Origin: Gemmatimonadota bacterium
GTDB taxonomy: Bacteria; Gemmatimonadota; Gemmatimonadetes; Gemmatimonadales; GWC2-71-9
Direction of reading: 5' to 3'
DNA: 64,000 nucleotides
Assembly (NCBI GenBank): GCA_003223415.1
Contig: QHUY01000044.1
Coordinates: forward strand, 30,443 to 94,442
The notes below the pieces were generated by a model. That model searched no databases. It was not told where the DNA came from and saw nothing but the letters and a program-made list of their open reading frames with translations. The position numbers and the translations under genes were made by a program. Shown here in pieces: positions 48,429-56,764 of this stretch (the first letter of the stretch is position 1; every line of letters begins with the position of its first letter).

Positions 48429-48943
48429 GCCGGCGGTCGGACGGTCCGGCAGTCAGGCGGACGGGAGCGGCGGGATGGGCCCACGTGCTGGTCCTGGCGC
48501 TGGTGCTGGCCGCCCGACCGGCCGACCGCCTGAGCGCCCAGGACACGACCCGAGTCATCGCCCCCGGTGCCCGGACCGTCGCCATTGATACGACGTACCG
48601 CGTGTCACCCGGCGGCGCGTTCCGGCGCTCGGTGCTCCTGCCGGGCTGGGGCCAGGCCGCGACGGGGCGGCATACGACCGGCGCCCTGTTCGTCGTCTGG
48701 GAGGGGGTCACGGTGATGATGACCCTGAAAGCGCAGCAGGAGGCCGACTATTTCAAGCGGATCGGTGCGACCGGGCTCAAGCACAAGCGTCAGGAAGTGC
48801 AGGACTGGCTCGTCCTCTGGATCTTCAACCATCTCTTCTCGGGTGCCGAGGCGTACGTGGCGGCGCACCTGCAGGATTTTCCCAAGGAGCTGAAAGTCCA
48901 GTCCGTTCCCGGCGGCATCGGCGTCTCGGTCCCGCTCCCGTAG
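48425..48943 (+). CDS. DUF5683-like membrane/secreted protein
   Basis: RSVLLPGWGQ and EAYVAAHL motifs; signal peptide flanked by repeat-encoded sequence. Confidence 0.65.
   Translation: MSRRSDGPAVRRTGAAGWAHVLVLALVLAARPADRLSAQDTTRVIAPGARTVAIDTTYRVSPGGAFRRSVLLPGWGQAATGRHTTGALFVVWEGVTVMMTLKAQQEADYFKRIGATGLKHKRQEVQDWLVLWIFNHLFSGAEAYVAAHLQDFPKELKVQSVPGGIGVSVPLP
48432..48539. repeat. Degenerate inverted octamer arrays flanking a signal-peptide H-region
   Basis: GGCGGTC GGACGGTC CGGCAGTC AGGCGGAC ... CCGCCCGA CCGGCCGA CCGCCTGA. Confidence 0.7.
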
Positions 48944-48946
48944 CCC

Positions 48947-49747
48947 GTGAACGCGGCGCCGCTCGGCATCTTCGACTCTGGGATCGGTGGCCTCACCGTC
49001 GCCCGTGCGCTCTTCGAGCGGCTGCCGCAGGAATCGGTCATCTACTTCGGGGACACGGCGCGCGTGCCGTACGGCCCCAAGTCGCCGGACACGGTGCGGC
49101 GCTATAGCGCCGAGATCCTCGCCTACTTAGTGCAGCGCGGCGTGAAGGCCGTCGTGGTCGCCTGCAACACCAGCACCGCGCACGCGCTCCCGCACCTCCA
49201 GGCGCGCTCCAGCGTGCCGGTCGTGGGCGTCATCGAGCCGGGGGCGCGCGCCGCGGTCGCGGCGACGAAGACCGGGAAGATTGGCGTGATCGGCACGGCT
49301 GGCACAGTGGCGAGCGGCGCCTACGAGCGCGCCATCCGCGCGCTGCGCCCCAGCGCTGACGTGCACTCGCAGCCGTGCCCGCTGTTCGTACCGCTGGTCG
49401 AGGAAGGCTGGTTCGATCATCCGGCGACCGAGCTGATCGCGCGCGAGTACCTCGATCCCCTGCGCCGGGCCGGCGTGGACGTGCTGGTGCTCGGCTGTAC
49501 GCACTATCCGTTGCTGAAGCCGCTGCTCGCGCGCGTCCTGGGAGAAGGCGTGTCGCTGATCGACAGCGCCGCGGAAACGGCGAAGGAAGTGACCCGCGAG
49601 CTTGCGGCGCGCGGCTTGGATGCTCCGGCCGCCAACGCCCCGGAGCATTTGTTCGTCGTGTCGGACGACGAGCTGCACTTCCGCAAGGTCGGAGCGCGGT
49701 TCCTGGGAGAAAAATTGCAGAAGGTGGAGGTCGTACCGCTCGGCTAA
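48947..49747 (+). CDS. murI: Glutamate racemase
   Basis: FDSGIGGLTV, GDTARVPYG, VACNT, LGCTHYP. Confidence 0.96.
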   Translation: MNAAPLGIFDSGIGGLTVARALFERLPQESVIYFGDTARVPYGPKSPDTVRRYSAEILAYLVQRGVKAVVVACNTSTAHALPHLQARSSVPVVGVIEPGARAAVAATKTGKIGVIGTAGTVASGAYERAIRALRPSADVHSQPCPLFVPLVEEGWFDHPATELIAREYLDPLRRAGVDVLVLGCTHYPLLKPLLARVLGEGVSLIDSAAETAKEVTRELAARGLDAPAANAPEHLFVVSDDELHFRKVGARFLGEKLQKVEVVPLG

Positions 49748-49753
49748 TTGTGA

Positions 49754-49783
49754 AGCCGTCAGCCGTCAGCCATCAGCCGTCAG
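49754..49783. repeat. Heptamer array (AGCCRTC)x4 overlapping the lpxH stop
   Basis: AGCCGTC AGCCGTC AGCCATC AGCCGTC; same family as 60-87. Confidence 0.9.
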
Positions 49784-50537
49784 AGAACACCTTCAATTCT
49801 ATTCGGTCGTGCGTGATGATCGCATACCGCCCACCGTTCAGGAACGCCCCCGGGTTGAGATAGGCCCGGCCGTCGGGGAGCGTCTCCAGTTGCGGCCGAT
49901 GTGTGTGTGCCATCACCACGAGACGGAGATCCGGTCGACGCCGCAGTAGGGCGATCGCCCACACCCGCTGCGCCTCGGCCGCGCGATCCAGCACCGCCGG
50001 GTCCTTGGTGGTGTCGGCCAGCTTGCCGGAGAGCTTGGCCGCGATCCAGAAGCCGATGTCGGGATGAAGGTGACGGAAGGACCAGATGGTGATCGGGTAA
50101 CGCGTCACCCGGTGCATGACCTTCGCGCTCCAGTGCTGCTCGGTGAAGCCGTCGCCGTGCGCCACGAAGGCGCGCCGCCCGGCGAGGTCCACCTCCGCCT
50201 CGCCACCGTAGAACGTCAGCCCCAGGTCGTCCGTCAGGAACTTGCCGCCCCAGCGATCGTGGTTGCCGCCCACGAACGTGATCGCGACACCCCGCGCGCG
50301 GCAGGCCTGCAGCTTCGCTACGCTCGTGAAGTGCTTGCGGGGAATCACGGCGCCGTACTCGAACCAGAAGTCGAACAGGTCGCCGTCGATGAGGAGGTGG
50401 TCGCCCGGCTGCGGCACACGCTCGAGAAACGCGTGGAACGCGGTCTGGATGGCGACAGGAACTTGGCCGAGATGCGCATCGGCGACGACGACGACCCGCC
50501 CCGTGGGGCGAAGGGCGGGGGGCGTAGCGGCAGGCAC
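49773..50537 (-). CDS. lpxH: UDP-2,3-diacylglucosamine diphosphatase (metallophosphoesterase)
   Basis: DAHLG, GDLFDFWFEY, GNHD, HGD, AHTH; GTG 50537 inferred from upstream TAGCTT/TTGCCG promoter. Confidence 0.8.
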   Translation of the reverse strand: MPAATPPALRPTGRVVVVADAHLGQVPVAIQTAFHAFLERVPQPGDHLLIDGDLFDFWFEYGAVIPRKHFTSVAKLQACRARGVAITFVGGNHDRWGGKFLTDDLGLTFYGGEAEVDLAGRRAFVAHGDGFTEQHWSAKVMHRVTRYPITIWSFRHLHPDIGFWIAAKLSGKLADTTKDPAVLDRAAEAQRVWAIALLRRRPDLRLVVMAHTHRPQLETLPDGRAYLNPGAFLNGGRYAIITHDRIELKVFSDG

Positions 50538-50615
50538 GGCCCCCAAGCTAGGAGCGGCGCGGACGCGCGGCAAGCCTATCTCCCGGAACGGGATAGCTTA
50601 GATTAGGGGAACCCG

Positions 50616-51683
50616 ATGAAAGTCACCCGCGAGCAGCAGCAGAAGACGACCGAGCGGTTGGCAGGCGCAAGCGCCCCGCCCGCGGCGCGGCCGCCGGTGA
50701 TCGGGGAGGAGCGCGACGTCGAGGTGCACCGTCGTCCCGTCCGCAATCCCGGCGCGCCGCTCGACCTTGAGTCGGTGCGCGCGCTGCGGGTGAACCGCAG
50801 CGCGGTCGAGCGCCGCGCCGCCACCATCCCCACGCGCCGCACCGTCAAGAAGCAGTGGCAGGCCGCCTGGCTGTTGCGGGCGATCACCTGCATGGACCTC
50901 ACCACCCTCCAGGGTGACGACACGCCGGGCAACGTGCTGCGGCTCTGCGCCAAGGCCCGCCGGCCGCTGCGCGACGACCTGGTGGACGCCCTCGGCGTCG
51001 CCCACTTGGGCCTCAAGGTCGGAGCCGTGTGCGTCTACCACGCGCTCGTCCCGGTCGCGGCCCAAGCGTTGGCGGGCTCGGGGATTCCGGTGGCCGCGGT
51101 GTCCACCGGCTTCCCGGCGGGATTGAGCCCGTTCCGCCAGCGGGTCGAGGAGATTCACGCCTCGCTCGAGGCGGGCGCCCGTGAGATCGACGTCGTCATC
51201 ACCCGCGCGCACGTGCTCACCGGCAACTGGGAAGCGCTGTACGACGAGGTCCGGGCGTTCCGCGAAGCCTGCGGCGACGCGCTCCTCAAGGTCATCCTCG
51301 GCACCGGCGAGCTCGCCACGCTGACGAACGTGGCGCGCGCGAGCCGCGTCGCCATGCTCGCCGGCGCGGACTTCATCAAGACGTCCACCGGCAAGGAGCC
51401 GGTGAACGCCACGCTGCCGGTCGGGGTCGTGATGGTGCGCCAGATCCGCGAATACGCTGAAGACACCGGCCACCAGGTCGGTTTCAAGCCCGCCGGCGGC
51501 ATCCGCACGGCCAAGTCGGCCCTGGAGTGGCTCTATCTGATGAAGGAGGAGCTGGGCAACGCCTGGCTCGCCGCCGAGCTGTTCCGCCTCGGCGCGAGCG
51601 CGTTGCTCACCGACATCGAGCGCCAGCTCGAACACTTCGTGACCGGCCGCTATTCCGCCTCCCATCGCCATCCGATGGTCTAG
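50616..51683 (+). CDS. deoC: Deoxyribose-phosphate aldolase
   Basis: DLTTL.GDDT, AVCVY, STGFPAG, EIDVV, KVIL, DFIKTSTGK, GFKPAGGI, RLGASALL. Confidence 0.95.
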   Translation: MKVTREQQQKTTERLAGASAPPAARPPVIGEERDVEVHRRPVRNPGAPLDLESVRALRVNRSAVERRAATIPTRRTVKKQWQAAWLLRAITCMDLTTLQGDDTPGNVLRLCAKARRPLRDDLVDALGVAHLGLKVGAVCVYHALVPVAAQALAGSGIPVAAVSTGFPAGLSPFRQRVEEIHASLEAGAREIDVVITRAHVLTGNWEALYDEVRAFREACGDALLKVILGTGELATLTNVARASRVAMLAGADFIKTSTGKEPVNATLPVGVVMVRQIREYAEDTGHQVGFKPAGGIRTAKSALEWLYLMKEELGNAWLAAELFRLGASALLTDIERQLEHFVTGRYSASHRHPMV

Positions 51684-51691
51684 GAGCACCG

Positions 51692-53197
51692 ATGAAAGAG
51701 ACCGCGCTAGGCGTGACCGAGATCTTCGAGACGATGGAGTACGGCCCCGCGCCCGAGAGTGACAAGCCGGCCCTCGATTGGCTCGCCGGCCACGACCCCG
51801 CATTCGGGATCTACCTCGGCGGGCGCTGGGTCAAAGGGTCGGACGGCAAGCTCTTCGACGTCATCAACCCGGCGACGACCCAGCGGCTCGCGCGGGTCGT
51901 ACAGGCGGGCGCCCCCGATGTGGACGCGGCGGTCCGCGCGGCGCGCGAGGCGCTGCCCGGGTGGGCCGCACTCCCCGGCCACGCGCGCGCCCGCCACCTG
52001 TACGCCCTGGCGCGCGGGGTGCAGAAGCATGCGCGGCTGCTCGCCGTGCTCGAGAGCATGGACAACGGGAAGTCGATCCGCGAGACGCGCGACCTCGACA
52101 TCCCCCTCGTCGCCCGGCACTTCTACCACCACGCCGGGTGGGCCCAACTGCGTGACGCCGAGTTCCCCGGCCACGGACCCGTCGGTGTGGTCGGGCAGAT
52201 CATCCCGTGGAACTTCCCGCTCCTCATGGTGGCCTGGAAAGTGGCGCCGGCCCTCGCGGCCGGGAACACCGTCGTCTTGAAGCCCGCGGAGTTCACGCCG
52301 CTCACCGCGCTCGCCTTCGCCGAGATCGCGCACCAGGCCGGGCTGCCGGCCGGCGTCCTCAACGTGATCACCGGCGACGGCACGACGGGGAAGCTGCTCG
52401 TCGATCACCCCGACGTGGACAAGATCGCCTTCACCGGCTCGACCGAGGTGGGGCGCATCATCCGCCAGGCGACCGCCGGCTCGGGGAAGCGTCTGTCGCT
52501 CGAGCTCGGCGGCAAGAGCCCGTTCGTCGTGTTCGAGGACGCCGACCTGGACAGCGTGGTCGAGGGCGTCGTGGACGCGATCTGGTTCAACCAGGGGCAG
52601 GTCTGCTGCGCGGGCTCGCGGCTGTTGGTGCAGGAGGGCGTCGCCCAGCGGCTGATCGCCAAGCTGCGCGCGCGGATGGAGAAGCTCCGAGTCGGCCCGC
52701 CCCTGGACAAGGCGGTCGACATGGGCGCCATCGTCGCGCCGGTGCAGCTCGAGCGCATCCGCGGCCTCGTCAACAAGGGCGTCGAGGAGGGAGCCAAGAT
52801 GTGGCAGCCCTCTTGGGCGTGTCCGACGGAGGGCTATTTCTACCCGCCCACCCTGTTCACCGACGTCTCCCCCGCGGCGACCATCGCGCAGGTGGAGATC
52901 TTTGGGCCGGTCCTCGTCTCGATGTCATTCCGCACGCCCACGGAGGCCGTCGAGCTGGCCAACAATACGCCCTACGGCCTCGCCGCGAGCGTCTGGACCG
53001 AGAACATCAACCTCGCGCTCGATATTGCGCCGAAGATCAAGGCGGGCGTGGTCTGGGTCAACTGCACGAACCTCTTCGATGCCGCGTCCGGGTTCGGCGG
53101 CTACCGTGAGTCGGGGTTCGGGCGCGAGGGCGGACGCGAGGGGATGTGGGAGTATCTAAAGGCAGACTGGGAATCGGGGCTCGGGGCTCGGGACTAG
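51692..53197 (+). CDS. Aldehyde dehydrogenase (catalytic part, ALDH16-like)
   Basis: IPWNFP, KPAE, FTGSTEVG, LELGGK, NQGQVCCAGSR, EIFGP, FGGYRESGFGREGG. Confidence 0.93.
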   Translation: MKETALGVTEIFETMEYGPAPESDKPALDWLAGHDPAFGIYLGGRWVKGSDGKLFDVINPATTQRLARVVQAGAPDVDAAVRAAREALPGWAALPGHARARHLYALARGVQKHARLLAVLESMDNGKSIRETRDLDIPLVARHFYHHAGWAQLRDAEFPGHGPVGVVGQIIPWNFPLLMVAWKVAPALAAGNTVVLKPAEFTPLTALAFAEIAHQAGLPAGVLNVITGDGTTGKLLVDHPDVDKIAFTGSTEVGRIIRQATAGSGKRLSLELGGKSPFVVFEDADLDSVVEGVVDAIWFNQGQVCCAGSRLLVQEGVAQRLIAKLRARMEKLRVGPPLDKAVDMGAIVAPVQLERIRGLVNKGVEEGAKMWQPSWACPTEGYFYPPTLFTDVSPAATIAQVEIFGPVLVSMSFRTPTEAVELANNTPYGLAASVWTENINLALDIAPKIKAGVVWVNCTNLFDAASGFGGYRESGFGREGGREGMWEYLKADWESGLGARD

Positions 53198-53280
53198 GGA
53201 AAAGCGGTGCCAGCTGCGGTGACTCCTGAGCGCGAGGAGTCTGGACCTTCCCGAGCCCCGAGCCCCGAGCCCCTAGCCCC
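53169..53280. repeat. Inverted heptamer arrays (GGGRMTM)x4 ... (KAGCCCC)x4 with internal hairpin
   Basis: GGGAATC GGGGCTC GGGGCTC GGGACTA GGGAA ... TTCCC GAGCCCC x3 TAGCCCC; inner GACTCCT/AGGAGTC hairpin. Confidence 0.9.
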
Positions 53281-54115
53281 TATCGATCGGACCCCCAAGC
53301 TCTTCATCGGCGGCAAGCAGGTCCGCCCCGACCAAGGCTACAGCCGCCCCATCGTCGGGCCCGAGGGGCGCCCCGTCGGCGAGGTCGGGGAAGGCAACCG
53401 CAAGGACATCCGCAACGCCGTGGAAGCCGCCCATGCCGCTGCCGCCTGGGCGCAGGCGAGCGGCCATCTGCGCGGCCAGATCCTGTACTACATCGCCGAG
53501 AACCTTTCGGCCCGCGCCGACGAGTTCGCCGCCCGGATCCGCGCCGTGACCGGCCGCGCCGACGCCCGGCGCGAGGTCGACGCCACCATCGCGCGGCTGT
53601 TCACCTACGCGGCGTGGGCCGACAAGTACGACGGCCAGGTCCACCACGTGCCGGTGCGCGGCGTCACGCTCGCCATGAACGAGCCGATCGGCGTGATCGG
53701 GCTCGCCTGCCCGAACGAGTCCCCGCTGCTGGGCTTCGTGTCGCTCGTCGCGCCGGCGATCGCGACCGGGAACACGGTGATCGCGCTTCCCTCGGAGCCC
53801 CACCCGCTCTCGGCCACCGACTTCTACAGCGTGCTTGAGACCTCCGACGTGCCGGCCGGCGTGGTGAACATCGTCTCCGGCGCGAAGGACCCGCTCGCGC
53901 AGGTCTTGGCCGAGCACTTCGACGTGGACGCGGTCTGGTATTGCGGCGGGCACGCCGGCGCCGCCGCGGTCGAGCGCGCCTCGGCCGGCAACATGAAGCG
54001 CACGTGGGTCCTGGCCCATCTGCGTGACTGGTTCGACACCCGCCAGGGCGAGGGGCGGGAATTCCTGCGCGAGGCCACCCAGGTCAAGAACATCTGGATC
54101 CCCTACGGCGAGTGA
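53207..54115 (+). CDS. Non-catalytic ALDH-fold protein (ALDH16 C-terminal-domain-like)
   Basis: IDRTPKLFIGGKQ, NRKDIRNAVEAA, AWADKYDG, EPIGVIG, KNIWIPYGE; lacks catalytic Cys domain; same frame as upstream ALDH. Confidence 0.85.
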   Translation: MPAAVTPEREESGPSRAPSPEPLAPIDRTPKLFIGGKQVRPDQGYSRPIVGPEGRPVGEVGEGNRKDIRNAVEAAHAAAAWAQASGHLRGQILYYIAENLSARADEFAARIRAVTGRADARREVDATIARLFTYAAWADKYDGQVHHVPVRGVTLAMNEPIGVIGLACPNESPLLGFVSLVAPAIATGNTVIALPSEPHPLSATDFYSVLETSDVPAGVVNIVSGAKDPLAQVLAEHFDVDAVWYCGGHAGAAAVERASAGNMKRTWVLAHLRDWFDTRQGEGREFLREATQVKNIWIPYGE

Positions 54116-54567
54116 CGTCTCCTCCCCCTCCCCTCCCGAGACCCGCCGGCGCCGTCACCGCCATCGAGCACCGTGTTAACTACTCCGAGACGGACCAGAT
54201 GGGGCTCGTCTATCACGGGAACTACGTCATCTGGCTCGACATGGCGCGCACCGAGCACATGCGCGCCACCGGGCTCACATACAAGGCACTGGAAGAGCAA
54301 GGTATCTACCTGGCGGTGACGGACCTGCGCGTGCGCTACCGCCAGCCCGCCCGCTACGACGACCTGCTGCGCATCCGCTGCTGGGTGCGCGATCTCGCCA
54401 CGCGCCGGGTCATCTTCGGCTACGCCGTCGAGCGCGCGGTCACCGGCGAGCTGCTCGCCACGGCGGAGACGGCACTCATCGCCCTCGACCGCCACCACTC
54501 CCTCACCCGCATTCCGGAGCACGTCAGTGATCTCCTGCAGTCCTCGCCGGACCCGGTGCGCCTCTAG
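54112..54567 (+). CDS. Acyl-CoA thioesterase (4HBT/YbgC family)
   Basis: RVNYSETDQMGLVYHGNY, YRQPARYDD. Confidence 0.9.
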   Translation: MTSPPPPLPRPAGAVTAIEHRVNYSETDQMGLVYHGNYVIWLDMARTEHMRATGLTYKALEEQGIYLAVTDLRVRYRQPARYDDLLRIRCWVRDLATRRVIFGYAVERAVTGELLATAETALIALDRHHSLTRIPEHVSDLLQSSPDPVRL

Positions 54568-54608
54568 TAGGGCGGTGAAAAAAGGATTGCCGCCTCCGGC
54601 CGCGGAGT

Positions 54609-54700
54609 GCGCGAGTGAACTCGCGACTCGGCATCTGCCCGCAAACGGGCGTGGCTGCTCCGCTTCAGCGGAAGGGGCCGAGCCGCGGCTTCAGCCGCGC
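54609..54700. repeat. REP-like inverted pair of hairpins
   Basis: revcomp(54609-54632) GCCGAGTCGCGAG-TTCA-CTCGCGC vs 54677-54700 GCCGAGCCGCGGC-TTCA-GCCGCGC. Confidence 0.7.
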
Positions 54701-54739
54701 ATCACGGGCACGACGTCAACTAGACTTTTTCAGCAGCCT

Positions 54740-56764
54740 ATTCGCACCGCGCTGCTGCTCCTCCTGGCGGGAGCACCCCTCCGGGGCGTGGCCCAGCAGC
54801 CTGCGGCTGCCCCGCCGCAGCAAGATGAAGCGCTGGTGACCGTGCTGGCGCAGTTGCTCGCCGCGAGTGACGCCCGACGCTTCGACGGGGCAGTGCTGCG
54901 CGAGGGGCTGCAGCACCCCGATCCTGGCGTTCGCCGTCAGGCCACGCTCGCGGCGGGCCGCATCGGCGATCCAGCCGCCGTGAACCTGCTCGTGCCCGTC
55001 CTCGCCGATTCGACCATGGTGGTGCGCGCCGCGGCAGCGTTCGCGCTGGGGCTGCTGAAGGACACGCTCGCGGTGGACCCGCTGCTCGCCACCGTGCGCG
55101 GCCGCGCTCCCGATCAACAGGACCTGCCGCAGCTCGAGGCCGTGACCGCGCTGGCGAAGATCGGCCGGACCGCCGGAGCGCGGGCGCTCACTGTGATCCT
55201 CGAGTCCGCGTCACCCGGCGGAGATGTCCCCCCGGCTCCCAGTCGCGCACTGCTCGAAGCCTGGCGCCTGGGCCGCCGCGCTCCCATCGCCACGCTGATC
55301 CGGTTCGCCGATGCGCCGGACGCCCTGGTCCGCCAGCGCGCCGTCTATTCGCTGGCACGGCTGCGCACGCCGGCCGCCGTGCCGACTCTGATCGCCGCGC
55401 TGCAGGACCGGGATCCCACCGTTCGAGAAGCGGCCGCGCGCGGGATCACCGGCTCGCTGGTGGACAGCGCCAAGGCGGACCGCCGCGCGCTGGGGGCACG
55501 CCTGCAGCCGTTGCTGCAGGACCGCGAGCCGCACATGCGCATCAACGCGCTACGGGCCGTGGCGAGCCTGCGCGACACCACCCTCGTCGGTGCCGTCGCG
55601 CCCCTCGCCTCCGACGCGGACGTCGGCGTCGCCGTGCAGGCCGAGACGACCCTCGGGGCGATCGGCGGCACGGCCGCCGCTCAGGCGCTGCAGGCCCGGC
55701 TCACCAGTCAGGTGTTCGCGTTGCGACGTCAAGCGCTCATCGGCCTCGCCCAGGCGGACAGCGCCGCGGGCGTCGCCGCGGCGGCGACCGCGGCGGGCGA
55801 CCCCGACTGGCGCTGGCGAAGCGTCGCGGCGGAAGCCTACGATGCCGCCGGAAGCCGGGTGCGCCTCGAGGCGTTGCTCGCCGACCCGGACGGGCGCGTG
55901 GTGGCCCGCGCGCTGCAGGGGCTGCAGCGCATCGTCACCGACAGCGGCGACGCCGCGCTGTCGGGCCGCGCGCGCGAGCTGCTCGCGCATGCCGACCCCG
56001 CGGTCCGCAGCGTCGCCGCCGATCTGCTCACCCGGCACCCCGATCTCGATGACGTGGACCGCTTGGCCCAGGCCTACGCCCGCGCGGCCGGCGATCCGTT
56101 CGACGACGCCCGGCTGTCGGCCGTCGCGGCGCTCGCTGCGATCGCCCGGGGTGGTGTGGCGGGGCGACTGCGCGTCGCCAACCAGTTCCTGGCCAGGGTG
56201 CCCAAGGCCGACGATTACCTCGTGCGCCGCCTGGCTGCCGACACCTTCCCCGATGCGGCGGAGGCATGGGGAGTGCGTGGGGGGGGGGACGCCGATTATC
56301 GGGACGTCGCGCGACGCTACCTGCTGCCCGCGATCAGCGGCCGGCCGGCCCCCCAGGTGACGATCGACACGGACCGCGGCAGCCTCACCGTCGAGCTGCT
56401 CCCCGGCGAGGCGCCGCTTACCGTGGCGGCGTTTCTGGCACTGGTGGACCGACGCTTCTTCGACGGATTCCGGTGGCATCGGGTGGTCCCGAATTTCGTG
56501 GTCCAGGACGGCGATCCCCGCGGCGACGGGTGGGGCGGGCCGGGGTTCGTGCTGCGGGACGAGGTGAACCCCGTGCGCTACGAGACGGGTACCATGGGCA
56601 TGGCGCTCTCGGGCCCCGATACCGGCGGCAGCCAGTACTTCATCACCCACTCACCGCAGCCGCATCTGGACGGCATCTACACGGTGTTCGGACGCGTGGT
56701 GGGGGACGCGCGTGTGCTGCAGCTGATCGCGCAGGGTGACCGCATCCGGAGCATCCACCGTTGA
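54740..56764 (+). CDS. Secreted HEAT-repeat protein with C-terminal cyclophilin-type PPIase
   Basis: Repeated D.D..VR..AA.ALG HEAT units; APLTV, HRVVPNFVVQDGDPRGDGWGGPG, GMALSGPDTGGSQYFI, HLDG.YTVFGRV; start uncertain (54575-54740). Confidence 0.88.
   Translation: MRTALLLLLAGAPLRGVAQQPAAAPPQQDEALVTVLAQLLAASDARRFDGAVLREGLQHPDPGVRRQATLAAGRIGDPAAVNLLVPVLADSTMVVRAAAAFALGLLKDTLAVDPLLATVRGRAPDQQDLPQLEAVTALAKIGRTAGARALTVILESASPGGDVPPAPSRALLEAWRLGRRAPIATLIRFADAPDALVRQRAVYSLARLRTPAAVPTLIAALQDRDPTVREAAARGITGSLVDSAKADRRALGARLQPLLQDREPHMRINALRAVASLRDTTLVGAVAPLASDADVGVAVQAETTLGAIGGTAAAQALQARLTSQVFALRRQALIGLAQADSAAGVAAAATAAGDPDWRWRSVAAEAYDAAGSRVRLEALLADPDGRVVARALQGLQRIVTDSGDAALSGRARELLAHADPAVRSVAADLLTRHPDLDDVDRLAQAYARAAGDPFDDARLSAVAALAAIARGGVAGRLRVANQFLARVPKADDYLVRRLAADTFPDAAEAWGVRGGGDADYRDVARRYLLPAISGRPAPQVTIDTDRGSLTVELLPGEAPLTVAAFLALVDRRFFDGFRWHRVVPNFVVQDGDPRGDGWGGPGFVLRDEVNPVRYETGTMGMALSGPDTGGSQYFITHSPQPHLDGIYTVFGRVVGDARVLQLIAQGDRIRSIHR

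Noticed and set aside
53195-53197. Pyrrolysine or genetic-code reassignment of TAG
   Set aside because: No pyl genes are in the window, TAG ends many genes normally, and the codon lies in a repeat-derived linker
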